A stretch of 64,000 bases of DNA from assembly GCA_963666985.2 (NCBI GenBank), contig CAXXIA010000002.1:320001-384000 (forward strand). The letters are read 5' to 3'. The translations under genes and the position numbers were made by a program. The stretch is from Spirochaetia bacterium (GTDB lineage: Bacteria; Spirochaetota; Spirochaetia; DSM-2461). Shown in pieces: positions 10,422 to 20,781 of this stretch; position 1 is the first letter of the stretch, and every line of letters begins with the position of its first letter. The notes below the pieces were generated by a model. It saw only the letters and a program-made list of their open reading frames with translations, searched no databases and had not been told where the DNA came from.

Positions 10422-11990
10422 ATGACAATCGATATCGCGAAATCAGGAGAGACTTCGGCGGAGCATAACGGCATCCGCATCCATTCGGCCTACGATCCGC
10501 GAAAAGAAGCCGGCCGCTTTCTCGACTCCGCCCTTCCGGCCGGAACGCGGCCGAACACGATTATCGTTATCGGGGCCGGCTTGGGCTATGCGGATGAAAC
10601 GGCGGCCGAAAGATGGCCGAACGCCGATGTTATCGCGATCCATCTGAATGCGGAACTGTACAAAAACAGAATCGGCCGTTCCCGCGGAGAATCGGCCGGC
10701 CGCATCAAGCGATGGCATCCGGAATCAGACGTTTCATTACCATCATTCCTGGCTTCGGCCGTCGGAGAACATAACGTTCACGGTCTTCATATCATTCAAT
10801 GGCCCGCCGCCGCCTCGGCCATGCCGGATGAAGCGAATAGAGCGGCCCAATATGTGGCGCAAATCGTCAGAAGACACACAGGAAGCATCACGGCCACGGC
10901 GGCATTCGGCCGCCTGTGGATACGAAACACCCTGAGAAATTTCATTGAACTCGACAAACTCGCTGTTCCCTCCGCGACGGACAGGCCGGTCGTTATAGCC
11001 GCATCCGGTCCCGGTCTGGAATACGCTTTGACGCACCTTTCAACTTATCGCGATCGATTCCGCCTCTGGGCGCTTCCTTCCGCCTTGCCGGCATTGTCGG
11101 CAGCATCCCTTACGCCGGATTTGATCTTCGCCACGGACTCAGGACACTGGGCCAAGCTCCACATGCGGTATTTTCCTCCATCGGTTCCCGTGGTCATGCC
11201 GCTCTCGGCCGCTCCGCCGCCCTCCGGCATCGGCGTACCGATGCTGATTCGCCAAGGAGTCCCCGGCGAATCGCGGCTTCTCAGAGGCCCTGAGTGGCCG
11301 CTGCTGCCCATACCGGCCCGAGGCACGGTCGCGGCCACGGCCGTGGATGTTTGGAGCGCGGCGGCGGGTAACTCCCTGCTGCTGGTCGGCCTCGACCTCT
11401 GCTGGTACGATCTGCGCTCTCACGCAAGGCCCCATGCCTTCGACGGGTGGATAGCCTCCCGAACGGACCGAAAAAATCCGAAAGTTAATGAACTCTGGAA
11501 CAGAGCCCTTGCCCAAGCACCGAAAAAAGAAGGGAAACGGAGAACCGGGCCGGCTCTTGAAACATACGCCGACTGGTTTCGCGGCATCGACGGGAAAGGC
11601 CGCATTTTCCGCTTTCATTCACCGGAAGATCCCGTGGAACCGGTGAGCGTCGAAGGATTTCCCATCAGAGGAGAGGAACTGTTCCGCGAATGGAAATCAT
11701 CCGGAATTACAGCGGAAATCACCCCTTACCGCATTACCGAAGCTCCTCAAAACAGATTAACGCGAAAAAAAGCGGTCATCAGCCTTTTGGACGAGTGGAA
11801 GCAACGTCTTGGAACCAAGACGGCCGCCGATGAGGATGAGGATGATTTTCATGAAATGCTCTATACTCTCGATCCCGGAGGCACTCTGGAGCTAACGGGC
11901 GCTTCGGATTCCGAGAAAAAGAGAATCGCGGCGGAACACTTCACACGGGTTGGCCGCATTCTTGATAAAATAAGAGATTCTTATGTCTGA
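10422..11990 (+). CDS. Maf/DUF115 (MptE-like) family protein
   Basis: HSAYDPRKEA, VIGAGLGY, IAASGPGL, PDLIFATD, GTVAATA, LVGLDL. Confidence 0.75.
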   Translation: MTIDIAKSGETSAEHNGIRIHSAYDPRKEAGRFLDSALPAGTRPNTIIVIGAGLGYADETAAERWPNADVIAIHLNAELYKNRIGRSRGESAGRIKRWHPESDVSLPSFLASAVGEHNVHGLHIIQWPAAASAMPDEANRAAQYVAQIVRRHTGSITATAAFGRLWIRNTLRNFIELDKLAVPSATDRPVVIAASGPGLEYALTHLSTYRDRFRLWALPSALPALSAASLTPDLIFATDSGHWAKLHMRYFPPSVPVVMPLSAAPPPSGIGVPMLIRQGVPGESRLLRGPEWPLLPIPARGTVAATAVDVWSAAAGNSLLLVGLDLCWYDLRSHARPHAFDGWIASRTDRKNPKVNELWNRALAQAPKKEGKRRTGPALETYADWFRGIDGKGRIFRFHSPEDPVEPVSVEGFPIRGEELFREWKSSGITAEITPYRITEAPQNRLTRKKAVISLLDEWKQRLGTKTAADEDEDDFHEMLYTLDPGGTLELTGASDSEKKRIAAEHFTRVGRILDKIRDSYV

Positions 11991-13647
11991 AAATGGAATC
12001 CTGGATCGAAATCTTCTGGCACTGAGCGCCCGCCATCCGGAACTCGCGCAAAAGCTATCTTCCGCCTCTTCGTATCCCGATCTGGAAATCATCGAATCCC
12101 GTAAAGGGCCGCCGGTTCCCGTTTTGCGCAGAGACGGGCGGCCTTTTCCCATGCATTCCCGTTTCGATCCCGAAGCGGAAGGAGGCAGGCTGGCCGATTC
12201 GGCTCCCGAAGGATTTCTTATCGCTTTCGGACTCGGCGGTGCGTATCACCTGAAGCCCCTTCTGAAAAAACGAACCATGACGGGTCTGCTCATCGTCGAA
12301 AAAGACCTTTCCCTTTTAAGAGGGATCTTAGAGGGAATCGATCTGACGCGTCTGTTCACGGATTCCAGGGTACTTTTAATAATGAATCCCTCGCCGGACG
12401 AACTGATCCGGTTCGTTCTGGACCGCTACCTTCCCGTTCTTTACGGGAATCTCGGGAGCCTCTCCTTAAGGAGCCGTTTCGATGCCGATCCCGAATGGTT
12501 CACCGAAAGAGCGGACGCTCTGAGAGGAATCCCCGAATCTCTCGGCCGGGACTATACGGTCCAGACGCGCTTCGGCCGGCGATGGTTCGTTCACACTCTC
12601 GCCAACCTTCCGACGAGTGAACGAACCGGCGCGGTGCTCCCCCCCTCGGAACGCTTCATCATTACCGCCGCCGGCCCGTCTCTGCACAAACAGCTTCCGC
12701 GCATCCGCGCTCTTCACCGCGGCGGAGCCGTTCTTCTGGCAACGGACACATCCCTGCCGTTTTTAATTTCCGAAGGAGAAACGCCCGACATCGTCCTCTC
12801 CATAGACTGTCAGATTGTCAGCTACCATCATTTTTTAAAAGGTCTTCCCCGCAAAACTCTGCTGCTGCTCGACCTTGCCTCTCCTCCGGTGCTGACGAGG
12901 ATGACCGACCGCGTTCTCTTTTTCGCCAGCGGCCATCCGTTCTCATTGTATCTGAACCGTCTCTACAGGCCCTTTCCCATCCTCGATCTTTCGGGCGGCA
13001 ACGTAACCCATGCCGCCGTTTCCCTGGCGAGAGCGGCAGGGGCCGGTGAAATTCATCTTTTCGGAGCGGACTTTTCTTATCCGATGGGGCGGCCCTACGC
13101 CAAGGGAACCTATCTCTATCCTTATTTCCAATCCCGCTCGGCGCGAACCGGCGGCTCGGAGGATTCTTTCTGGAGGTTCATCAATTCTTCCCGCCCCCGC
13201 CGGGAATCATCCGGCGGCTCCTGGAGACTGAGAACCGCATCCATGGATCACTATCGGGAATCGCTGGAGAAAACGATCTCTTCTCCGGATGCCAATGTTG
13301 TTCAGGAAGATGGAGACGGTGTACCGCTGCGAACATCCGGAGCTTCCCGAACGCACGCGCCCTCTTCCCGCGGGAAATTCGCCTCGCTTCTCTCGGCGGG
13401 AAAAGCCTCCGTCGGCTGGAAGGAGTTTCTCAAGGGCTATGTCGGCAGGCTGGAATCACTCCCGCCGCTAAACGGCCCGCCGCAGGACTATCTGGCCGAT
13501 CTCTGCACCGAAGACAGGCAAGCCTGGGCCACGCTTCTTCCCTCCGCCGCAACATTCAGGGGAAACGCCGAAGACGGACCGAAGGCCGTTGAAGAGGCCC
13601 GGAAATGGACTTTGGACCGTATCCGAACAATGCGGACACGTTATTAA
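11983..13647 (+). CDS. Maf/DUF115 (MptE-like) family protein
   Basis: HSRFDPEAEG, FGLGGAYH, AAGPSL, PDIVLSID, GGNVTHAA, LFGADFSY. Confidence 0.8.
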   Translation: MSENGILDRNLLALSARHPELAQKLSSASSYPDLEIIESRKGPPVPVLRRDGRPFPMHSRFDPEAEGGRLADSAPEGFLIAFGLGGAYHLKPLLKKRTMTGLLIVEKDLSLLRGILEGIDLTRLFTDSRVLLIMNPSPDELIRFVLDRYLPVLYGNLGSLSLRSRFDADPEWFTERADALRGIPESLGRDYTVQTRFGRRWFVHTLANLPTSERTGAVLPPSERFIITAAGPSLHKQLPRIRALHRGGAVLLATDTSLPFLISEGETPDIVLSIDCQIVSYHHFLKGLPRKTLLLLDLASPPVLTRMTDRVLFFASGHPFSLYLNRLYRPFPILDLSGGNVTHAAVSLARAAGAGEIHLFGADFSYPMGRPYAKGTYLYPYFQSRSARTGGSEDSFWRFINSSRPRRESSGGSWRLRTASMDHYRESLEKTISSPDANVVQEDGDGVPLRTSGASRTHAPSSRGKFASLLSAGKASVGWKEFLKGYVGRLESLPPLNGPPQDYLADLCTEDRQAWATLLPSAATFRGNAEDGPKAVEEARKWTLDRIRTMRTRY

Positions 13648-13758
13648 ATGAGGCTCTTTCAAGATGGATTCCGTCTGTTTCCGGTCTGAATCACGCGGAC
13701 CTTCGCACCCTGCATGAAAAGAACCTTTCTTACACCCTTACGCCGCATTTAATCCCAA

Positions 13759-14595
13759 TCAGTTTTCCCACACCAAAGCACCATAACCGACGAACGAAGA
13801 TGAAGGATGAAGATCCCGGCTCGTCGCATACTCCAAAAGCCGACCGTCCGGACAGCCGGAAGAAGCGGCGAAACTCATGGCCGCCACGGCGGCTCCGGCG
13901 GAACAGGCGGACATTTGGCCGGCGGCCAACTCCAAAGCCTTTCCCGCCTCTCCGGATAAAAGGGCGTTCAAAAAGTCCATATCCCTTCCCCGAACCCATT
14001 CGGCGGGATCGCCGCGGGATTCGGGCGGCATAAACCCGTAATTCGGTCCGTAATGAGTTAAATCCGTCGAGCCGACAACAGCGATTTTTCGACCGAAAGC
14101 TAAAGCTGTTTCTGCGAGAATTTCACCGAATCGGGCGGCCCTTTCATCGGAAGGGATTCTCCAGGCGGCCCACAGCGCATCGGGCCGCATCGCCGCCGCC
14201 ATGGGCATAATCACCTCCACGGTATTATCCGCGGACCGTTCGGAACGCACGTCGAAACCATCGGGAAGAGCCGCTTCCACGGCCTCGGCGAATTCGGAAT
14301 CACGGCCGAAAAGCCCCGTAGGCAAATCCCAGGCATCACCGTCATAGCGAATAAACGGACTTCCGGATGAATTATGACCTCCGAGCACAACAACGGTTTC
14401 GGCATCGGATTTCAGCCGTCCAACCACTTCGGCCATCATTTTTCCGCAAAAAAACCATCCGGCATGCGGAGAAATGCCCGCCACGGCATTTTTTTCTCCG
14501 TTCATGCGAAAATCAGAGCCGATATAGGCCCTGATTTCCGCCTCGTCGGCGGGATACCACCCGGAAGGAAGAGTCCTTGTTCGTATCTTCAACAC
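13759..14595 (-). CDS. amrB: AmmeMemoRadiSam system protein B (MEMO1 family)
   Basis: GWYP, PHAGW, STDLTHYG, SAC, Y.TS, VGY. Confidence 0.85.
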   Translation of the reverse strand: MLKIRTRTLPSGWYPADEAEIRAYIGSDFRMNGEKNAVAGISPHAGWFFCGKMMAEVVGRLKSDAETVVVLGGHNSSGSPFIRYDGDAWDLPTGLFGRDSEFAEAVEAALPDGFDVRSERSADNTVEVIMPMAAAMRPDALWAAWRIPSDERAARFGEILAETALAFGRKIAVVGSTDLTHYGPNYGFMPPESRGDPAEWVRGRDMDFLNALLSGEAGKALELAAGQMSACSAGAAVAAMSFAASSGCPDGRLLEYATSRDLHPSSSFVGYGALVWEN

Positions 14596-14625
14596 ATTCC
14601 CCCTGTTTACAGTATAATAGACGGC

Positions 14626-15855
14626 ATGAAGAAGACCTTCTCAGTCATATACACTATCTGCGTTGTTCTCGCGCTGCTGGGCGTCATAGCCTTCTTCGGC
14701 TGGAAGACCTATCAATCCCGCCAGGAAAGAATATCCGATTTTGTCGCCAGAACCGAAGAATACACCCGGCGGCTCTCCGGTTCCATCGGCGAAAGAGACG
14801 TCAAGGCGGAGGCCAAATTGGCGGAAAAACTGATGGCCGAGGATCTTTCCCTCGTCGCCGTACAGGTTTATTCCCATGATGAAGGCCTGAGAATCAGTGT
14901 CGTCAAGCCGATCGCGGGCGACTACAGCCGTAAACCCATCGCGGAATCCGATGCCTTTGAGGGACTCATCTCGGGGATACGGTTTTATAAAGCGTACCGC
15001 CACATGGAAATTGAGGACATGCCGGGCCTGGAAGCCGTGTATGTCGCGGCGGTTCTCACGGACGGACAAATTCGAAACAACCTGATGATCATCCTGGCCA
15101 CGGTGCTGGCATTGTTCATCATCACCTTGGCGATCATCCTGCTCAAACCCGGATCCCGCGGGAACGAGGAACTCGAAGAAGACGAGGAACAAGGCGGATT
15201 TTCCATGGACGACGACTTTTCCGCCGATGAAATGCCGGACGACGAACCCGACACGTACCGATCGACGGATGAAGAATTCAGCATTCCCGACGATTTCGAC
15301 GCAATCGATAATTTCGACGAAAACGATCTTCTCAGCAACGGACCCGATTTCGGAAATTCGCTGCCTCTGGAAGACGATTTCGATTTGCCGAATCTTGATG
15401 ATATCCATCCGGATGAACCGGACGGTACGAAATCCGAAGAACTCCGGGACAGGCTCGGATCGGAACTCGAACGCGCCGCTTCGTTCAACCAGGATTTATC
15501 CATACTCCTTTTCTCCGCGGAGAGCGGTTATGAAGACTATATCCGCGAATCGGCCGCCTACCCCGATTTGGTTTTTCCTCTGGATGGGGACAGCATCGCC
15601 GTTATAGAAATCAACAAGGATCTGGACTCAACGCTGGCATTCGCCGAAGACTTTATCCGAACCCATATAGAACGCAGCGGAAAGCGTTCGATTCGCGCCG
15701 GAATCGCGTCGCGGAACGGTCGTCTTATCAGTGCCCAAAGACTCATCTCGGAGGCCGAAAGCGCTTTGAGAAAAACGGATTCCGAAAAGAACATTGTCGC
15801 TTTCCGGTCCGATCCCGAGAAGTATCGGGAGTATCTCAAGGCTCAAGAGGACTAA
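14626..15855 (+). CDS. two-TM membrane protein with acidic linker and degenerate GGDEF-like C-terminal domain
   Basis: TM-periplasmic-TM layout; RLGSELERA, AGIA, LISEAESAL; no GGDEF motif; ATG 14626. Confidence 0.7.
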   Translation: MKKTFSVIYTICVVLALLGVIAFFGWKTYQSRQERISDFVARTEEYTRRLSGSIGERDVKAEAKLAEKLMAEDLSLVAVQVYSHDEGLRISVVKPIAGDYSRKPIAESDAFEGLISGIRFYKAYRHMEIEDMPGLEAVYVAAVLTDGQIRNNLMIILATVLALFIITLAIILLKPGSRGNEELEEDEEQGGFSMDDDFSADEMPDDEPDTYRSTDEEFSIPDDFDAIDNFDENDLLSNGPDFGNSLPLEDDFDLPNLDDIHPDEPDGTKSEELRDRLGSELERAASFNQDLSILLFSAESGYEDYIRESAAYPDLVFPLDGDSIAVIEINKDLDSTLAFAEDFIRTHIERSGKRSIRAGIASRNGRLISAQRLISEAESALRKTDSEKNIVAFRSDPEKYREYLKAQED

Positions 15856-15930
15856 GCCCGTGCCCATTATCAGATGCCGCTCACTACGGCCTTGCTCCTT
15901 TCGAAGCACCGGGGATATCCTGCCTAACGT

Positions 15931-16965
15931 ATGCTGAAGCGCCTTACGTTCATTTTGCTCGTCTTCACGGCGATGCTTTCTTCCTGCGGCCGCGGGCCTT
16001 ATATTCCCAAGTCTCTTTCCAAGGACGACGATCTGCGCAAACTCATTTCCGTTGCCGTCGATCCGTCTTCCGACCCGGCCATGCGGTACGCCGCGTTCGA
16101 GCCGGTTATCTCCAAAGCCAGAAAGCTGGGCGAATACGACTGGATTACTTATATGCTCGGATCGATTCTTGAACGAAATCCGGGCGATCCCTACGGTGCC
16201 TATTACTTGATGGCCATGGCCGAAGGGGCCCGCGACACAAACGCACAAAAGCTCGCTCTGGATTATCTTCGGCGACTGCTGGCCGACTATCCCGACCTGA
16301 TTATCCGCGACCGCTCAATCCATCTTATGGCCCTGAACCAATTGGCCGATGCCACATCCGATCCGCGTGAGGCCATAGACGCACGCATCGAAATGCAGAG
16401 ACGGTTCGCCGACCGGATAGACCAGGGCCGAAATTCGTACGCCCTGGCCGAAGATTACCGAGAAATCGGGGATTGGGACGCCATGTATGCGAGCCTCGCG
16501 GAATTTCTGAAATATGACAAAACCGTTGTTCCGGGAATCCCCGATGCGCTCTGGAGGGCACGGTCGTCCATCGAATTCCACGATAGCTCCAAAGACTGGA
16601 CCATGGAAAATCTGGACGATCTGGTGAATACCATAAAATACGCCATCCGCACCAATAATGGTACTCTGCTTAACAAGTACAAATCGAAAAAGAACTTCTT
16701 TTTCATGAACTGGAGCCAGGACATTTCGGATCGTTTTTCTCGAATGTATGACGTTGATGTTCGGGCCTGGCTGAAGCCCTCGATTCGTTACGGAGCGGAA
16801 CTCGAGGATTTTTCCAACGAAAACGAAGCCTATCTTTGGACTTCGGGCTGGTCGTGGAAAATTCGCACTTGGTATCTTTATTTCCGCCGCGTCGAATATC
16901 CGGCGGATCCGGAAATTAACGGACAATGGGAATGGGCCGGAATTTATATAGGCGAACGTCTTTAA
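15931..16965 (+). CDS. TPR-like lipoprotein
   Basis: lipobox LSSC; helical repeat pattern. Confidence 0.7.
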   Translation: MLKRLTFILLVFTAMLSSCGRGPYIPKSLSKDDDLRKLISVAVDPSSDPAMRYAAFEPVISKARKLGEYDWITYMLGSILERNPGDPYGAYYLMAMAEGARDTNAQKLALDYLRRLLADYPDLIIRDRSIHLMALNQLADATSDPREAIDARIEMQRRFADRIDQGRNSYALAEDYREIGDWDAMYASLAEFLKYDKTVVPGIPDALWRARSSIEFHDSSKDWTMENLDDLVNTIKYAIRTNNGTLLNKYKSKKNFFFMNWSQDISDRFSRMYDVDVRAWLKPSIRYGAELEDFSNENEAYLWTSGWSWKIRTWYLYFRRVEYPADPEINGQWEWAGIYIGERL

Positions 16966-18338
16966 TCATTCTTATTTTTCTGTCGGCGGCTTTCCTTGCC
17001 GCATCGGAAAACGATTCCAATGGGACCGATGATAAGCCGATCGGCACTGTCGGTTATCCCGTACCGCTTCCGTTCTTCGGCGATTCTCGGCATTCACGTT
17101 CAAAAAACGATATTTCACCGGATGTTTCCTGGATTCCTCCCCGACAGGGCCGATCGGCGCCCAAGGCTTGGTCGGTCTCTCCGAAAACGCTGCAGTGGGA
17201 GCGTCCCGAAGTGGCGCTATGGAAAAAACGATGGGAATCACCCGAGGGACGGGCGAAACTTATCGGGGCGCAAAACCGATATAAAGCCTTCCGAATCGAA
17301 GTTGAAGGAATGATCCGGGATTCGGGCATTCCCTGGGAATTCGCAGCCCTGCCTGTTGTGGAGTCCAATTGGCGGATCAATGCCGTCTCCTCATCCGGTG
17401 CTGCTGGCCCCTGGCAATTCCTCAGAGCCAGCGCCATCGGCCGAGGACTCATCATAGACGCATGGAGAGATGAAAGACGGGACGTCTGGAAATCCACCGA
17501 AGCGGCGATGGCCGAATTATCCTTCTACCACCGGCTCTTTTCCGACTGGCTGATGGCCATCGCCTCTTACAACGCCGGTCCGACACGAATGCGAAAGCTG
17601 ATGGGAAACGGTGAATATTCCGGATATTGGGATTTGTACGACGCTCATCTGATTCCCTCGGAAACGGAAAATTATGTTCCCCAGGTAATGGCCGTGGCCT
17701 ACATTACGGCCCATGCCGGCCGAACGGGCCTGCCCATTGAATGGACGGCCCCGCCTCGGTGGACCCGCATTCGGCTGAACCATTCTGTTCCTCTGGACTC
17801 ATTTCTCTCCGTTGCCTCAGAGAACGGAACGGAGAGAACTCTTCTTCGGCAGGCCCACAGCGAGCTGCACCATCCCTTCACCCCGCCGCCCGGGATGCCC
17901 TACAGTCTCAAGGTTCCGGCGGAAAAAACCGAAGAGGTAACGGCATGGCTTGAAGGCTTGAAAGACGGAAACCTCCCGGATCGGTTCTGGCGCTACACCG
18001 TTCGAAGCGGAGATACACTGTCGGAAATAGCCGAGCGTTATACCATATCCCTGCCGGAATTGCTGAGCTATAATGTCCATGTCGCTTCCGGGATGCTGCG
18101 CATCGGTGAACGTCTATACATTCCGGGAACGGAAACGGAACCCGCGGACGTTGAATCGGACGAGCTGCCCCTCTGGTCGGGCCGATACAGCGTTAGGCCC
18201 GGCGATTCATTCTGGTCCATCGCCCGTGAATACGGAACCACGCCGGAGAAACTGGCCGAGACGAATCATCGGAACCTTAACGGCATCCTGACGGCGGGAA
18301 GCGTTTTGAATGTTCCTTCGGAAGGAGAGGATCTGTGA
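16926..18338 (+). CDS. lytic murein transglycosylase with two LysM domains (MltD-like)
   Basis: VESNW, GAAGPWQF, ASYNAG, ETENYVP; LysM motifs YTVRSGDTLSEIA and YSVRPGDSFWSIA. Confidence 0.9.
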   Translation: MGMGRNLYRRTSLIILIFLSAAFLAASENDSNGTDDKPIGTVGYPVPLPFFGDSRHSRSKNDISPDVSWIPPRQGRSAPKAWSVSPKTLQWERPEVALWKKRWESPEGRAKLIGAQNRYKAFRIEVEGMIRDSGIPWEFAALPVVESNWRINAVSSSGAAGPWQFLRASAIGRGLIIDAWRDERRDVWKSTEAAMAELSFYHRLFSDWLMAIASYNAGPTRMRKLMGNGEYSGYWDLYDAHLIPSETENYVPQVMAVAYITAHAGRTGLPIEWTAPPRWTRIRLNHSVPLDSFLSVASENGTERTLLRQAHSELHHPFTPPPGMPYSLKVPAEKTEEVTAWLEGLKDGNLPDRFWRYTVRSGDTLSEIAERYTISLPELLSYNVHVASGMLRIGERLYIPGTETEPADVESDELPLWSGRYSVRPGDSFWSIAREYGTTPEKLAETNHRNLNGILTAGSVLNVPSEGEDL

Positions 18339-19165
18339 ATAGATCGGCCCGCATCGCGATAACCGTCCTTTTCGCATCGGCCGCGGTGTCCGCTTCCGCG
18401 CAGATGGCGGTGAAAACCGACATGGATTGGCCGCACGGACGAATCGGCATCACCGCTTCCCGCATGCTGGATGAAGGTATGTCGCCTTCGGATCATCCCC
18501 GCGCCCTCACGGCCCTGGAAATGGAACTCCCCCCGTATATTTTCGAAGTCATTACCTCGCTTTCCTGGGACGACCGGGGAACCATCGGCGATTTAATAGC
18601 GCGCGATCCGGCCGCGCGAACACCGGTGGAAGAATTGGCGCGCTCCTTTAAACGGGAATGGAGCCGTCTTTCGGCAAACAGAGACGCCGTGGAAGCCGCG
18701 TATACTCTGGATTTGGCGGAAGTGTTCGGCTATCTCTCTCCGGCCCCCTTTCCGGGCAAAACGGCGGATATTCCCATATCCTGGACTCCCGTGCCCGAGG
18801 ACGATTGGTCCGGCATCATCATCTATGCGCCGCCTGATCTTCCTGTTCGGGGAACACAGCTGAAGGCAAACCCCGTTCCCGCCCTTGGAGCCCGTATCCT
18901 CTCGAACAGGCTTGAGTTACTTGCCGACCCCGCCGTCCGATCCGGGAAACTGCTCTCCTACAGACTGCTGGAGGAGAAAAACGATACGGAAACACTTGTG
19001 GGACGAAGACCGTACCACACCATGGCGCGGGGACTCTACGGAGATTTTCCCTGCGATATAATCCTCAGCGCCGATGATTCACGGCGTATCATGGCATCCG
19101 AATCGGGCCGTGCCGCCCTGGCCTCGGGACGAATCGTTATTCTTCTGGATGCCATCCCCGAGTAA
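18335..19165 (+). CDS. exported hypothetical protein
   Basis: GTG start overlapping the upstream stop; signal-peptide-like N-terminus. Confidence 0.7.
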   Translation: MNRSARIAITVLFASAAVSASAQMAVKTDMDWPHGRIGITASRMLDEGMSPSDHPRALTALEMELPPYIFEVITSLSWDDRGTIGDLIARDPAARTPVEELARSFKREWSRLSANRDAVEAAYTLDLAEVFGYLSPAPFPGKTADIPISWTPVPEDDWSGIIIYAPPDLPVRGTQLKANPVPALGARILSNRLELLADPAVRSGKLLSYRLLEEKNDTETLVGRRPYHTMARGLYGDFPCDIILSADDSRRIMASESGRAALASGRIVILLDAIPE

Positions 19166-19181
19166 AACAGCGGCTAAAAAA

Positions 19182-19269
19182 AGGCTTCGGCGCTATCCGC
19201 GGGAGGCTTCGGCGCTATCCGCGGGAGGCTTCGACGCTATCCGCGGGAGGCTTCGACGCTATCCGCGGG
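19182..19269 (+). repeat. 22-bp tandem repeat x4
   Basis: aggcttcg(g/a)cgctatccgcggg at 19182, 19204, 19226, 19248. Confidence 0.95.
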
Positions 19270-19441
19270 AAGCCTCAGCTTCGGGACGCCGCGGAACCGG
19301 AATCGGACCTCGCCGGTTCTTGCCGAGCATTGCCGAGCGGGAGTCATCCGCGGCCGCCGTTCTTAAGTGAAATCGGATCGTTTGGGTGTCCGGACTAGAC
19401 AATTCCCGCCCGTACGGTTTTAATGCCATGGAGATAGCGTT

Positions 19442-20779
19442 ATGACATCCCGCCGAATACTGAAATTTTTCGCGCCTCTCCTTTTGCCGGCCGCATTCCT
19501 CTTTTCGGGCTGCGGGAATCTCGGTACGGCCGTGGTTCTCTGGCCTCCCGAAGAAAGCGTCTGGAATCCCGGCGACCTGGTTACCGTAAAAGACGATTCC
19601 TTTCTTCGAAAAACCTATATCGTCAATCTTCCCGATCAGCGGCAGCTTAAGGAAGAAGTGGATCAATGGCGCCTGAAGCTTTTCCGCAGGGAAAAGGAAG
19701 CCGCCGCGTGGTCCGCCGGAATGGGCGAATGGACCGATGTATACGCCGAATGTCTCTACCAGGGCCTTCCGATGCGCTCCGAACCTTCCAACACGGCATC
19801 GAGAGTCTATCGGTTCCGGGACGGAGACGTCATGAAGGTTTTGGGACGGGATCCCGGTCCCGTTCAAGTGGGAAACCTGGAAGGTTTTTGGTATTACGTA
19901 CTCGCCGACGGCGGAGTCGAGGGCTACGTCTTCGATTACCATCTGAGGGTTATGCGCGTCGTCGACGGCACAAAGGAAATCCTGAACGCCCGTAACAATG
20001 AAGATCCCGTTCTTGAAAACCTTATCTCCGGACCTTGGAGACCGAAGTACTTCGACGACATGATCGCCAACCGAAACATCGATCTCGGAACATTCCGTTC
20101 GGAGTTCGGGCTGTTCCCCGATGTTGAGCATAAAAAGCTGATTCTGAATCTTCCCGATCGCTCCTTTTCCGAAACCTGGACCGACATTGTTCCGGCCGGA
20201 CGCGATCGGTACGATTTCTTGGGCACAAGTTTCCGGATTACCGTGAATTCCGAGAATTTCATCAGCGTTCAGTACAATCATGAAGGCGCCGATCACTTTG
20301 AAGCCTTTGTCCGTCTGAGCCGCGATATCGCCGCAATCATCGAAGACGAAAAAACCCGCAGAGAAACCGTTCTGGAGAACCTCATCACGGCCGGTCCCGT
20401 ATACGGCAGCCGTGCTTATGGAGAACTGGCCATTCTCGAAGACGGCGGATTTACCTGGACCGGTAAATCTTCCCTCATATCCCGCGGTATCATCACCTCT
20501 TCGGCGGGCAATACCGGACGTCTTGAATTCGATTGCTTCCCCTCTCCGGACATCGCCGCGTTTTACGAAGGCGTCCTCAGCCTCCGTTTCGACAACGGGG
20601 AAAAAATACGCTTCCTCTACTCCTTCGAGGACGGAGGCCTAAGACTCCTTTTCGTTCCGAAAAACGCCATTGAGGATAAAACCGTCCGTTCCGACCAGTT
20701 CTTCGATCCCGTTCGGCTGTTTTTCGTTTCTCTCGCGCCGGCATCTTCGGACGACGGCGTCTTGCTGCCGGACCGCTAA
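19442..20779 (+). CDS. SH3-domain-containing lipoprotein
   Basis: lipobox FSGC; LPMRSEPS...WYYVLADGGVEGYVF bacterial SH3 pattern. Confidence 0.75.
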   Translation: MTSRRILKFFAPLLLPAAFLFSGCGNLGTAVVLWPPEESVWNPGDLVTVKDDSFLRKTYIVNLPDQRQLKEEVDQWRLKLFRREKEAAAWSAGMGEWTDVYAECLYQGLPMRSEPSNTASRVYRFRDGDVMKVLGRDPGPVQVGNLEGFWYYVLADGGVEGYVFDYHLRVMRVVDGTKEILNARNNEDPVLENLISGPWRPKYFDDMIANRNIDLGTFRSEFGLFPDVEHKKLILNLPDRSFSETWTDIVPAGRDRYDFLGTSFRITVNSENFISVQYNHEGADHFEAFVRLSRDIAAIIEDEKTRRETVLENLITAGPVYGSRAYGELAILEDGGFTWTGKSSLISRGIITSSAGNTGRLEFDCFPSPDIAAFYEGVLSLRFDNGEKIRFLYSFEDGGLRLLFVPKNAIEDKTVRSDQFFDPVRLFFVSLAPASSDDGVLLPDR

Positions 20780-20781
20780 GG

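Noticed and set aside
14374..14625. N-terminal extension of the membrane protein ORF
   Set aside because: Overlaps amrB on the opposite strand; ATG 14626 has a TATAAT box and begins the TM segment
19182..19269. CRISPR array
   Set aside because: Head-to-tail 22-mers with no spacers
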